Below, piece by piece: positions 9,848-20,557 of a stretch of 43,498 nucleotides of DNA. The stretch comes from Trichomonas gallinae (taxonomy: Eukaryota), in contig MRSU01009624.1 of assembly GCA_008369845.1 (NCBI GenBank), forward strand, positions 1-43,498, read 5' to 3'. The translations under genes were made by a program, and so were the position numbers. Positions within the stretch are counted from its first letter, which is position 1. Each line of letters begins with the position of its first letter. The notes under the pieces are model-generated. The model saw nothing but the letters and a program-made list of their open reading frames with translations, ran no database searches and was not told the DNA's origin.

Positions 9848-10800
9848 TTATTCCAATGTAGAAACTATATATAGGGTAGGGAGTTCAATTACTTTAAATA
9901 GATTGTTTCCATAATTTTCATATATTGTTTCAGGTGTCGATTCATAACCTTTAAAAATTTGTATTTTCTTAGGACACTTGTTAGAAATATCAAATTTTAA
10001 TTTGAAAGAATTTGGAGATGAACAATTATAATTATGATCGTTACCAATGAAATATGCATCTATTATATTGAATGAGTCAGCTGAGTACATGTTCTCCCCT
10101 TTATTATAACTAAAGATGCATTTTGTAATATTAAAATTTCCAGGACAAGAAATCAAATCAAAATCTACATTATTTTTAGTAATAATGCAATATTCGATTC
10201 CCCAATTTTCACTCTCATGATATAATCCATAATGTTCGCATGAGTTATTTATAAAAATCGAATATGAACATATACTGTCTTCATCATGTCGATACATGCT
10301 GTACATAGCCCTAGAATAAGTAATAGTATTACTTACATTCATATGAATATCTCTAACTTTACCATATGCAAGTTCGTAAGGAGCTATACCTGAATCAAGA
10401 TCCCTGCCACATAAATTTAACGATGAATGATTGAAATAATCACGCTTTGACGATCCTTCTTCTGCCCATACATATGAGAAATGAGCATAACCAGTTCCAT
10501 AGCAATTTATTGTGCAAAGTTTTGTTTGAATAGCTTCTCCACCAGAATATTGACCGAAAAAAACAGCACCTCCATCTAACCCTTCTAAATTCGTTATATT
10601 ATCAAACATGCAATCTTCCAGTAACATCTTAGTATTTGAGGAAGCAGGATTGATGATGACTGAGCCATTTACAGAATTTGCAAAATGCACATTTGATATC
10701 ATCCAATATCTATCAGATGCAAGTGTTCCCCCAGTTGAGAACTCTGGGGTTCCATCAAAATAATCAGCCCAAAGACAATGCTTTATTGAGATTGTTACAT
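9848..10800 (-). CDS. Cys/Asn-rich beta-helix-like hypothetical protein of an expanded trichomonad family; 5' end apparently frameshifted
   Basis: 284-aa ORF (DCMFDNI, DGGAVFF, CSYSIFINN, YCIITKN) stays open upstream of 10702 as VTISIKHCLWADYFDGTPEFSTGG. The only nearby ATG (10800) is out of frame by 1 nt (ATG TAA). Confidence 0.6.
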
Positions 10801-10870
10801 TTTGTCTTTTTTTTAAATTAGAAAAAAATTACTCGTAAACAAAAATATATTCGAAATACAAAATTATATA

Positions 10871-10921
10871 AAAAATATACGCCACTTTTTGTGCGAAGCT
10901 CAAAAAGTGGCGTATATTTTT
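10871..10921. repeat. Perfect 21-bp inverted repeat with 9-nt spacer
   Basis: AAAAATATACGCCACTTTTTG-tgcgaagct-CAAAAAGTGGCGTATATTTTT. Confidence 0.95.
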
Positions 10922-11309
10922 ATTCTTGCGCCTTCAATTTTGAATCATTTTGAGCATTTTTTTTCAAGATAATTATAACCGTTTCAATTCAAAATTGAAT
11001 GTTCAAGAATAAAAGTGAAAACGATTTAAAATATTTTGTATAAAAATGACAAATAATTAGCCTCCAAAGATTAATTATCTTATTAATAACAAAATAAAAA
11101 ATCGGTGTATCCATTATAAAAGTGATAAAACATTAATTGTCAATTTTTTGTTTTTACCGAATTGTTTGTTATATAACTTAATATTTTTATTAATCATCAT
11201 ACTGGCTCGCTTGATACTGAAATAATAAGTCATAATAATCAATATTGTATAAGAATTTACTTTTTTTTTTATTTTTGCAAAATTCAAAAAAGTACAGAGA
11301 AATTTGCTA

Positions 11310-11510
11310 GATCTTATTACGGAAATCAATGAACCAGCATTTTCAACTAGTAAAAACAAACACAACATAAACCAAAGAAAATTAAAATTGCTACATAATC
11401 AGGAGCATTTAGTGATTGTTCAAATCTTGGATCAATCGAATTCCCAATCAACTTAAACCTGTAGGATCATATATAATTAGTTCTGGCATAAGTGATATAC
11501 TTATCAAATT
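11310..11510 (+). pseudogene. BspA-like (TpLRR/LRR_5) pseudogene fragment
   Basis: Frame-shifting pieces LITEINEPAFSTSK, GAFSDCSNLGSIEFP (11402-11446), then NQLKPVGSY..SSGISDILI match the IxxxAFxxCxxLxxIxxP consensus. Confidence 0.7.
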
Positions 11511-12231
11511 CTATTCCAGGGTTCGAAAGATAAGCATTAATTTTTACATTGTATCGATATTTCACCTTAATATTATGGATATCTTATTGCCAGCACATTA
11601 GTATCTAATATAAATATATGTGATTATACATAATATCAATATATAGTTAATAATTCTCATATCTTCACTTCATCGATAAAATTGCGATCAAAATATTGTG
11701 ATTTAAAACGGTTTAGCTATATTAAATGTATATGCAGATAATACTTACCGTTAAGCACTTGTGCACATTGAATAAAATGATATTTTTGATATACTTTATA
11801 TTTACCAATAATATTACTTATCGACAACAATAGCTAATTTATTGATATGTTATTACATTCATTTTAAATTTTTATTCTCTAAATTATATATGATCAAGTA
11901 TGAATATTGGTGAAAATCGAAATTAGATTTCGACCAATATCAGATTTAACAAAATATAACTATCAGATCATTTGGTTACATAAGCTATTTGTTTGATGTA
12001 TATAGATGATTCCAGAATATATCACACTTTCGAAAAAAAACATCCAAATTCTGGGGACAATAATCGTTTTTTGTGACTTTTTTGGGATTCAGGAACATCC
12101 ATTAGTCAACTGAATAAAAATACATGAATTAAGCAGCCTGTATAAAAATTCTTAATTTATTTTACATGACATATGTCAAAAAATACATGACATATGTCAA
12201 AATATGCGAAATTACATGTCATTTTCCAGAA

Positions 12232-13614
12232 ATGGAGTTAGAGAATGGTATCTCGACTGTTTTTGGATTTGAAGTAGCTCCAGAGTTCCAGCAATGCATT
12301 ATGATAGAACGACTCATTTACAAATTAGAAGAATCGAATTTTGATGCAACTGTTCGCTCATTTCAAGAATTAAACATAAACGATGATTTCTACAAAGATT
12401 ATGTATATCGCGTACTTGCAGCAGCTAATGAATGCTATATATTCAAAACAGAGCTATATGGAAGGCTTTGGTTCGCTCTAGGTTGGCAGCAAAAATATAT
12501 TATTCCAAATGATTTCGAATTATACATTGCAAGGAAGTCCAATAACACAGAACTCCTAGAAAAATTCGAATGCGACCCTTTGCAGCCTCTAGAAACCTAT
12601 ACACATAAAAATTTGCCTCCAATTTTCATGGCAATATTAGCAAATGACGTCGCTGAAATACAGAGATTGATTGCAGATAATCAATATGTCTTACAATGTG
12701 ACATAATTTTAAAAGCAGACTGTATTTCAGTTTTAGATTTTTGCGCGCTTCTTGGTAATTTCCTTTTATTCAGATTCTTCGTTGATAAAGGCTGCCAAAT
12801 TTTTGGTTCTACTGTTGAATGCGCAATAAGATGCGGAAATTTAAATATAATTACGTACTTGATCGAAAAAGGCTTTAGTGTTGAGAATTACTTCGATATT
12901 GCATTAGAGTTCCACCAGACAAGGCTTGCAGAATTGTTAATAAGGAGAATTCCTGATGAAAACGCAATAATTAACTCATTAAAAGCCGCAGTTCGAGGAT
13001 TCAACACAGCAGGACTATATATATTCAAGTTTTTCGGTATAGAATTCGATAAAATCCAGTCTTCAAGCAGTTTGATTCTTCATCATGCTACTTTTTGGGG
13101 AAATATAGTATTAACAAAATATTTAATCGAAAAAGCCGGCGCTTATGTCAATAGAATAGGTTTGGGCGGTCTGTCAACATTCCATTATGCCATCAGAGGT
13201 GGAAATTTCGAATTAATTAAATATTTAGTTGCACAAGGTGCAGATATTAACATGAGATCGGGATTTGGCGTATTGGTTGAGCGAAAATTCCAGCCATGGC
13301 AGACAGAAGAAGAAACTTACGAGATTAAGTTTAAAACACCTGTTCCTTTTGTTATAAATTATGATTTTGATCCTGATTCTCGTTCGCAGACGAAAGAGTC
13401 ATATTCGAACCACGGAAAGACTCCTTTAATTTTAGCAATGCTAGAATCTAATCTTTGGCTTTGTGAATACTTACTTGATATTGGAGCTGATAGAACAATC
13501 AAAGATAACAGAGGCCATGATTTTGACTACTACAAGGACAGATTTGATCAATCTTTGAATCAATTTGAAGAAGAAGAATATGATATTGCAATAGAATTTG
13601 ATGATGAGATTTAA
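12232..13614 (+). CDS. DUF3447-like/ankyrin-repeat protein
   Basis: Start probably MELENG at 12232 (initiator TCATT at 12219; the upstream MTYVKKY residues come from a promoter repeat). DUF3447-like region AIRCGNLNIITYL...ALEFHQ; ankyrin repeats GLSTFHYAIRGGNFELIKYLVAQGADIN and GKTPLILA. Stop overlaps TAAA. Confidence 0.85.
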   Translation: MELENGISTVFGFEVAPEFQQCIMIERLIYKLEESNFDATVRSFQELNINDDFYKDYVYRVLAAANECYIFKTELYGRLWFALGWQQKYIIPNDFELYIARKSNNTELLEKFECDPLQPLETYTHKNLPPIFMAILANDVAEIQRLIADNQYVLQCDIILKADCISVLDFCALLGNFLLFRFFVDKGCQIFGSTVECAIRCGNLNIITYLIEKGFSVENYFDIALEFHQTRLAELLIRRIPDENAIINSLKAAVRGFNTAGLYIFKFFGIEFDKIQSSSSLILHHATFWGNIVLTKYLIEKAGAYVNRIGLGGLSTFHYAIRGGNFELIKYLVAQGADINMRSGFGVLVERKFQPWQTEEETYEIKFKTPVPFVINYDFDPDSRSQTKESYSNHGKTPLILAMLESNLWLCEYLLDIGADRTIKDNRGHDFDYYKDRFDQSLNQFEEEEYDIAIEFDDEI

Positions 13615-14333
13615 ATCCAGAGAAGCAATATATTATATTTGTTGTAAAATTGTATTTTGTATGTTTATTCATTAGATTTAACTTCATTTTTTGATAATAT
13701 GATTTCAATTTTTTTTAATTATTGGAAAATTGTTAATTTTTCCAGTAGAAATGCTGTGTTGACGCAAATTTAGATTGATTGCATATAATCGAGCATCATT
13801 CTTCCGATTTTTTTCTTAATGTTTCATAACCATTCAATATCAGCGACCAACATTTATACAATAGACTAATTTTATTGTATGTTGAACATATGTATAATAA
13901 AAACAGCGATCATTCAGATTTTCAAAATTTCGTGATTTCAATTTTTTCATGGAAACAACTTTCGGAATTGATATTTAGATGGAGAAATTCAATAAGAGAA
14001 TGGAGCACAATAAAATTGGTAAAATAAATTCGGTTGGAGAAATTCCTTAACCTATATGCGATAGGATAATATATATAAACGAGTATCATGATCAATTTTG
14101 ATAAGATGTGGTTTATGAATCACAAACAAAAACTCTCTGATATTTTTAAAAAATAAAAAAAGACTTTATTATAATTTGATGCTACTAAGATTGAGTTAAA
14201 CCCCTTGTAATCGCAGTTCCTTTCAATGAAAAAGTGCCTCAATTACTTTGAAAGATAGTATCACTTTGTATATAATAAATTACTGATTGACTGAGTTATT
14301 TGGAAATATTGCATCATTTAGTACCTTTCCATA

Positions 14334-14452
14334 TAAAAGTGACTATATTATTTTGAAAAGTGCCGATAATTTCAATGAAATGTGACGCAGTTTGATATTG
14401 AAAAGTGACTAATTTCATAAGAAAAGTGACATTAATTGAGATGAAAAGTGAC
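14334..14452 (+). promoter_or_regulatory. Phased array of AAAAGTGAC (M2-like) motifs
   Basis: Six copies starting near 14334, 14355, 14377, 14400, 14421 and 14443, with further copies near 14228 and 14560, upstream of the ATG at 14589. Confidence 0.65.
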
Positions 14453-14588
14453 ATAAATTCTTAATTCTTGGAAAATTTTACCATAATCGTTTAGTGATTC
14501 TTTTAACCATTTAGAAGCAAATACTGGATATTAGGGATTTGTAAAATTTTAACAATTATGAAAAGTGACAACATTTTTTCCCGTAGAA

Positions 14589-15626
14589 ATGTTTGTGCCT
14601 TTATTTGCCTCATTCACTGTTTCATCTTCAAATTACGCGTCGTTTAAGGTTGATGGTTCTACGAGTTGCCCTGATGCAGTAACTAACACAGTGACAGATG
14701 TTAACGAAGAGCTGAAGAATACTAACCAAGCTAAAATTGATGTTTACTTTGGAAAAGATGATGTGTCCATTAATGAGGCATCACTTGGCGCAAAAGAAGT
14801 TAATTTTATTGCATGTTCTGCTTCAAATTCGATTACGATCAACTTTGATGATAGCGCAAAAGCTAAGAAATTATCATTTTCTAATTTAGCCGTAACTGTA
14901 ACTGGCTCTAATGAACTTGCGGCATTAAATCTTGCATCGTTAAGCCTTAAGAATTCTCAACTTAAGAAAGGTGTTCAAGTTAAGTGGAATTCTGATGTAT
15001 GGGCTTCCGATATGTTATCAGGCAATTCTGATGCCGTTTCTTCAGCGTCTGTTAAGAACTTAACAATTAATGGAGAAAATATTTTAACAGATATCACAGT
15101 GAAATCGAACGTTTTCACACTCACAGGAACAAAAGATTTCACATATAACGTAGAAGTTTCAGAAAGCGCCTACTTCGATTATTCCACAACAGACCAATTC
15201 ACACTTAACGTAGAAAAGCTCACAGTTCCAGTCACTATTAAGCCACTTGTTAACGGAACACATATGAAGATCGAATATGATGACACAATTTCGATGGTCA
15301 CAATTGATAACACAAATGTTAACATGAAAATCTCAACAAGTGACAAGGTCAACCTCAAAATAAACTATAGAGATGCAACAAATGTTCCAGCGATTGAGGA
15401 AGTTACTCCAATTTCGACCAAATTAAATGCTGGACAGATTATCGGCATTGTTATTGCTGTTATACTTATTATCGGCTGCATTCTTGCTTGCGTCTTCATT
15501 TCAAGGTGTGAAGCCAAAGAACAGGCAGAAGATGAGGCCGCCCTCAAAGCTGATGCTCAGGTTACTGAAAATGACCAAGAAGAACCACAAGAGAATGAAG
15601 AGAACAAAAGCAGTGAATCCAAATAG
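14589..15626 (+). CDS. Putative type I membrane/surface protein
   Basis: ATG at 14589 (MFVPLFASF, short hydrophobic leader); S/T/N-rich beta ectodomain; TM helix GQIIGIVIAVILIIGCILACVFI; acidic cytosolic tail. Confidence 0.8.
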   Translation: MFVPLFASFTVSSSNYASFKVDGSTSCPDAVTNTVTDVNEELKNTNQAKIDVYFGKDDVSINEASLGAKEVNFIACSASNSITINFDDSAKAKKLSFSNLAVTVTGSNELAALNLASLSLKNSQLKKGVQVKWNSDVWASDMLSGNSDAVSSASVKNLTINGENILTDITVKSNVFTLTGTKDFTYNVEVSESAYFDYSTTDQFTLNVEKLTVPVTIKPLVNGTHMKIEYDDTISMVTIDNTNVNMKISTSDKVNLKINYRDATNVPAIEEVTPISTKLNAGQIIGIVIAVILIIGCILACVFISRCEAKEQAEDEAALKADAQVTENDQEEPQENEENKSSESK

Positions 15627-15759
15627 ACAAATTCTTATATATAAAAGACTTTCTATTTATTTCTTTAGATATCATCATATTTTTAGCTACTTTAATTAAA
15701 TACAAATCTATTTTTATTACAAAACAAATTAATAAAATTTGAATTTCAAATTATTGATA

Positions 15760-17148
15760 TTATTCAACAGCAAAATGATTCCTGAATTCATGAAATGCTT
15801 CATCATCGAAATCATCGGTTGTTTCGAGTGTTATTTCAATAATTTGTTTAAATTTTTCAATTAAGAACTCATCTTGGGTTTGTGTGACTTTTATATACAT
15901 ATCTATCGCAATTAATGACTTACAAATCTGTATAATGAGTGGCTCTTCATCACATGAATCAATATAATCTTCAACAGCATTTAAATACTGTAAAAGGTTG
16001 ATATCAGCAAGATATTGCAGGTCAACGCTGCTTATTAATGAAGATAAGAAAATTAAAGAATCACGTTTGAATAGAAAGTCTGTATCATTTGCTGTTCCTA
16101 ATATATCATTAGCCAAACTCGCAAAATTCGCAAAATTGGCGTTCAAAGCTTCAATTTTGCGTTTTAAGAGAATTTCAGATAATGCAACAAAAACAGCAAG
16201 AGATGTATCTGCATCTTCATGATCGATCTTGTCAAAAAGGTCTGCACATGTTAATCCTAAATGATCAAGAAGATCTGGACAAATTTTTGTGATAATATAA
16301 ATCAACTGCATTGCACGAATTGGATTGTATGATAGTATTTTTGGCATGAATTGCTGCAATAATGTTTCATATTTGAGAAGATTTTCTACTGAAATATTTT
16401 TTGATTTGATTAAAAAATAAATTAGAATTGATGCAGCGCTTTCAAACACACGTTCATCATTCATACCTAGCAAATATATCATGCAATCAAAAACACGCGA
16501 TTTGATTTCATATGAATCAAGATTACAATTCGTAATAAATATTTGAACTATTTTTGCTAGTGCTGGTACTTCATCTCCGCATGAATTAAATAATTTTCCA
16601 AAAATGAGAACAAAAATCTCATCAGAAATCTGATCTGGAAATTGAATGAACAAATTTACTAAAGATTTCGCCGTATTTTTGCTTGTAATCTCATCATTAT
16701 AGTATTTTAAGATAAAGTATATTGTGTCTAAGTAGTGTTCATTTAATATTGACTTAATATAACATTCATCTCCATTTGATAAATCGATAATCAGCTCTAA
16801 AGCAGCATTTAATAGTGGCAATTCTATAAATCTAAAGTTTTTCAATGTATCACAAACGTAATGAATCAAGTTTGAGTCAATTAATATTTGATTTTTTGGT
16901 ACATATTTGTTTCTAGTGTTATTTGTTATCATACCATGAATATGTTTGTAGTGTTGGTAAATATTTTCTAGATTTTCGAGTGGGTTATTGAATAAAAAAT
17001 TGATCTGATTTAAATGTTCTTGTAACTCTTCAGTAAACTCAGGCAATTTCCAACGAGGATCAGGTTCATTAGAATTTCCATTATTGTCTTCTAACGAATT
17101 ATCATTATTCGTGAATGCATTAAAAACATCTTTATATTCATCTTCCAT
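15760..17148 (-). CDS. ARM/HEAT-like helical repeat protein
   Basis: 462-aa Leu/Ile-rich helical ORF with importin-alpha-like segments (AALELIIDLSNGD, TAKSLVNL). Confidence 0.65.
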   Translation of the reverse strand: MEDEYKDVFNAFTNNDNSLEDNNGNSNEPDPRWKLPEFTEELQEHLNQINFLFNNPLENLENIYQHYKHIHGMITNNTRNKYVPKNQILIDSNLIHYVCDTLKNFRFIELPLLNAALELIIDLSNGDECYIKSILNEHYLDTIYFILKYYNDEITSKNTAKSLVNLFIQFPDQISDEIFVLIFGKLFNSCGDEVPALAKIVQIFITNCNLDSYEIKSRVFDCMIYLLGMNDERVFESAASILIYFLIKSKNISVENLLKYETLLQQFMPKILSYNPIRAMQLIYIITKICPDLLDHLGLTCADLFDKIDHEDADTSLAVFVALSEILLKRKIEALNANFANFASLANDILGTANDTDFLFKRDSLIFLSSLISSVDLQYLADINLLQYLNAVEDYIDSCDEEPLIIQICKSLIAIDMYIKVTQTQDEFLIEKFKQIIEITLETTDDFDDEAFHEFRNHFAVE

Positions 17149-17451
17149 CTATATAAAATATGACAAATTTTCTTTATGAAGTTAGTTTACTAGTTTAATG
17201 CTAATATAAAAATTTGATTTGACAAACAATTTATTCAAAATTAAATTCATTGAACAAAGAGATCATTAGCATTACCAATTCTTACCTGATTATGATATTC
17301 ATTGCTATTGCTCGTATTTCAAAATTAAATTCTGCAAAAATATTTTCTTGAATTTCGATGCTGTTAAATTGCATAATTATGTCAACATATGTTGCATTAG
17401 TTGACACTAAATGGTTGAGGAATGATCAAAACAAAATTTAATTTTGGATTC

Positions 17452-17555
17452 AATTTTTCTCTTTTTTTTTTGTATCAATATTGTAATGTAAAACGTCAAC
17501 AATATAGTATTGTTTGGATATAATTTTTCTCTTCATGTATCAATATTGTAATGTG
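17452..17555. repeat. Short direct repeat between two genes
   Basis: AATTTTTCTCTT...TGTATCAATATTGTAATGT occurs twice (about 17452 and 17522). Confidence 0.7.
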
Positions 17556-17596
17556 AACAACAAAGTCACTCGTGGGATAAAGAAATGATTAAGAAA

Positions 17597-19261
17597 TTAG
17601 TTTGAATCTCTCTTCAGGAAGTCAATCATTCTCTTAATGTGGCGCTGAGTGTCACCGACAGGAGAAAGGCACATGTCAACTCTCCACGTTGGTGTCTCCG
17701 TATATCCGCCAAATTCTGTCTCATTTCCGAGACTCAAAGCAAAAATATATTCAATTCCAATCAACCTGTTGATCATCTTCTTGTGTTTTTCCTTTGTCAT
17801 CGCGTTCCAAGCACCAGCTGTTACGCCCCATGATGGGATTTTGTCGACAGTTGTCATGCATTCAATCGGTTCAACAGTTGAGTCATCCAATGTCAAGCAG
17901 ACAACAAGTGCCATGCTCATCTCATTAGGACTGATGTGAGTATTACAGTAGCAACACGAATCGCCGCACAAAATTGTGCCGCACACTTTATGCGAACGCT
18001 TTAATTCGCACGAAGCGCTGACTATAACTGCTCTTACGAGCTGTGTGACGTATCTATGCAATACAGATAAAGGACGAATTGGTACTATATCTGATGAACA
18101 CAATCCATGCAAACAAGAAGTGTCAAAAAGCGTGGCTTCAGGAGTGAAATCTAGCGCATTTTCTCTCTTAGATAAACCGAATGCGTAAATGTAATGATTG
18201 GTTTTGACTTTGACTATTTCCGTTTGTAAGTTTGGCGGAATGTTTGCCATCGTCGCCCAGATGTACGCGTGGCCGTAATCCTGGCTTTCTACTTCCAGGC
18301 ATGTAGAGGACCAGACACCACTCTGCATGAAGTGCGAAACTTTGATGACTGAGCCATGTATTGATCTGCAGTTCGTTGAGTTTCTGAACAAAAGACCATC
18401 TTGTGCCAAAGTTGATGATCTTTGTGTTAACTGTGATAATTTGCTGTCACCAACTGCTGGGACACGGAATATCAATGTGCTTGGTCCGAAATAAAGAGAA
18501 AATCCGCCAGTTTCAGATTGCATCGCATCTGGCCTGTATAATACAATAACATCATTGAATCTGAGCAATAATTTTAGAGCCTGTCTTTCCTCATCTAGTA
18601 TCAGTTTGTAAGGATAATCAGTAGATCCGTCTGTAACTGAAATTCCATCAGGAAGTGCATCAAGGACGCGCAAAAGTAGAGCACCAGGAAGAGGCTTGTC
18701 TATTGATATTCCTTTTAATGAGTAATTGTTCGTTTCTGTCATAATAAAGTTGATTTCTTCTTTTGATCTTTGTAAATCGACAATCATGAGCTGATTCGGT
18801 ACAATAACGTGATTCGAGAATCGAGCATTCGCAAGATGTATTCTATGTCCTGGTGTTAAGAATTTATTAACAAATGGAAAAAAAGAGCCGTGAAGAGCTA
18901 AAGTAAGTTGATTATCGCTTTTCTGTTGGACAATGTTAAGTGCGTATGCGTCAGTTTGTTCGTAAAATCCAATTCTTGAAATTGTTGCGTGAATTGTCTC
19001 TGTAAGTAAAGCATCTTCAGCTTTGATATTCCAGCTACGTTTAATTTGGCCTGCTTTCTTAACTACATCTTGTTCTACGATCGCAGGAGTAATACCTGTT
19101 GACCATTGAACAATTAAAAGTAAAATTTGCTCTGTGATCCATGTACGATCATGAGCAAGTTCATTTACAGATGACAATGTCTTTTGTATTGTATTGGATA
19201 TGATTTCAGTCTTTGTTTCGATGAAATCGCGAAGGTCAAGCGAATGCTTCAGCGAAAACAT
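17597..19261 (-). CDS. Multi-OB-fold nucleic-acid-binding protein, CDC24_OB (fission yeast Cdc24/plant) family-like, with Cys/His zinc-ribbon insert
   Basis: WITEQIL..WSTGITPAIV, LALHGSFF, YKLILDEERQALKLLL..DVIVLYRP, LYFGPSTLIFRVP, TSCLHGLCSS, HKVC..CCYC and LTLDDST follow the remembered order of CDC24_OB1-3 motifs. Confidence 0.62.
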   Translation of the reverse strand: MFSLKHSLDLRDFIETKTEIISNTIQKTLSSVNELAHDRTWITEQILLLIVQWSTGITPAIVEQDVVKKAGQIKRSWNIKAEDALLTETIHATISRIGFYEQTDAYALNIVQQKSDNQLTLALHGSFFPFVNKFLTPGHRIHLANARFSNHVIVPNQLMIVDLQRSKEEINFIMTETNNYSLKGISIDKPLPGALLLRVLDALPDGISVTDGSTDYPYKLILDEERQALKLLLRFNDVIVLYRPDAMQSETGGFSLYFGPSTLIFRVPAVGDSKLSQLTQRSSTLAQDGLLFRNSTNCRSIHGSVIKVSHFMQSGVWSSTCLEVESQDYGHAYIWATMANIPPNLQTEIVKVKTNHYIYAFGLSKRENALDFTPEATLFDTSCLHGLCSSDIVPIRPLSVLHRYVTQLVRAVIVSASCELKRSHKVCGTILCGDSCCYCNTHISPNEMSMALVVCLTLDDSTVEPIECMTTVDKIPSWGVTAGAWNAMTKEKHKKMINRLIGIEYIFALSLGNETEFGGYTETPTWRVDMCLSPVGDTQRHIKRMIDFLKRDSN

Positions 19262-19639
19262 CGAAATGATTTTTTAAAAATGAACCAATATTATTTCTAT
19301 AATTATTCCTTCCATTATTTTAAAACTTACCATAATATTGACAAATAAAATATTTTTACATGACAAAAATTAAAATTTTCGATTTACATGTCAAAGATTT
19401 TATGAATGTTTCTGAAAAATTATATCTTGACTCGTTAAACATATTAAAACAGTTAAAATAATCATATTAATCTCAATACGAATGCATTACTAATGAAATA
19501 ACTGCATATTAATGAAATGATCAAATTGATTTGAATTCTGAATCGATTTCTTTATGTTGCTATATAGAAAAACTACGTCAGCTAGTATAAGGTAACATTA
19601 AAATTTTATGAATATAAAAAACAATTAATATAAACTAAA

Positions 19640-20557
19640 CTAATTGATGAAAATCGTATTAGATAAGTGTGGTATCTTGAATTGCGAGTATTTAGTAATC
19701 ACAAGATTTGGCGGAAAGTGCTGATTTACTGAAGTTTCAAGAACTCTAATACTTTGCAGATTAATATATTGAAGAGATAAGACTGATTCCAAGTTATGTA
19801 ATGAGAAGAACTGTAAATCAGAGTTTCCACTAATATCTAACGACTTCAATGATAACAAGTTTTCGATGAATGGTGGGAATTGCACAAGACCACAATAGGC
19901 TAACGATATATGCTTCATCTGTTCGAATACCATTGTTTGTGGGATTCCAGCTATGATCGAGTTATACGACAAATCCAAGAACTCTAATTTAGGCATGAAC
20001 GACGGGTTAACTACGTCAGGCCATCTAATAAATTTGTTGTTTCGTAAGTTCAATCCTCTAATATTTGTCCATTTCGCTTTCGCTGGAATTTCAGAAATAT
20101 AATTATTCGATAAATCGATAAATTGTAGGTTTCCATGCATTTTCAGGATTGTCTTAGGCACATGCTTCAATCCTGTGTTCGAAAGAGACAGTACAGTTAA
20201 ATTTTCGAATGTCTTGAGTGGTTTCAAGAAGGATGATTCGAGGTTTTGCGTATTTGAGAAATCTAAGTACATTACGGTAGCGTTTGCCGTTTTATCGCCT
20301 TTCTTATTATGTATTGTGGAAACATAAACGCTTAACGACGCATCCATCGACATTGGACCAGGATGGCGGACATCCTTTGATGCGCGCGATCCATTTTTAG
20401 GCTTTAATATACGATTGTGGGCACAAAATGTGAACGTTGGAGTCGCCGCGTCATGATCAATCGACAACGTCTGTCTCCTCTGTTCCCTCTTGCGTATGAT
20501 GGCGGACAAGCGCGTGATATTTGAATGCAACGTCGATCTGTATTTAGTAATATCCAT
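19640..20557 (-). CDS. Leucine-rich repeat protein
   Basis: About six LxxLxLSxNxL repeats (LTVLSLSNTGL, LQFIDLSNNYI, LEFLDLSYNSI, LKSLDISGN). Confidence 0.88.
   Translation of the reverse strand: MDITKYRSTLHSNITRLSAIIRKREQRRQTLSIDHDAATPTFTFCAHNRILKPKNGSRASKDVRHPGPMSMDASLSVYVSTIHNKKGDKTANATVMYLDFSNTQNLESSFLKPLKTFENLTVLSLSNTGLKHVPKTILKMHGNLQFIDLSNNYISEIPAKAKWTNIRGLNLRNNKFIRWPDVVNPSFMPKLEFLDLSYNSIIAGIPQTMVFEQMKHISLAYCGLVQFPPFIENLLSLKSLDISGNSDLQFFSLHNLESVLSLQYINLQSIRVLETSVNQHFPPNLVITKYSQFKIPHLSNTIFIN

Noticed and set aside
12166..12231. N-terminal extension MTYVKKYMTYVKI
   Set aside because: Comes from a 21-bp promoter duplication upstream of the initiator at 12219.
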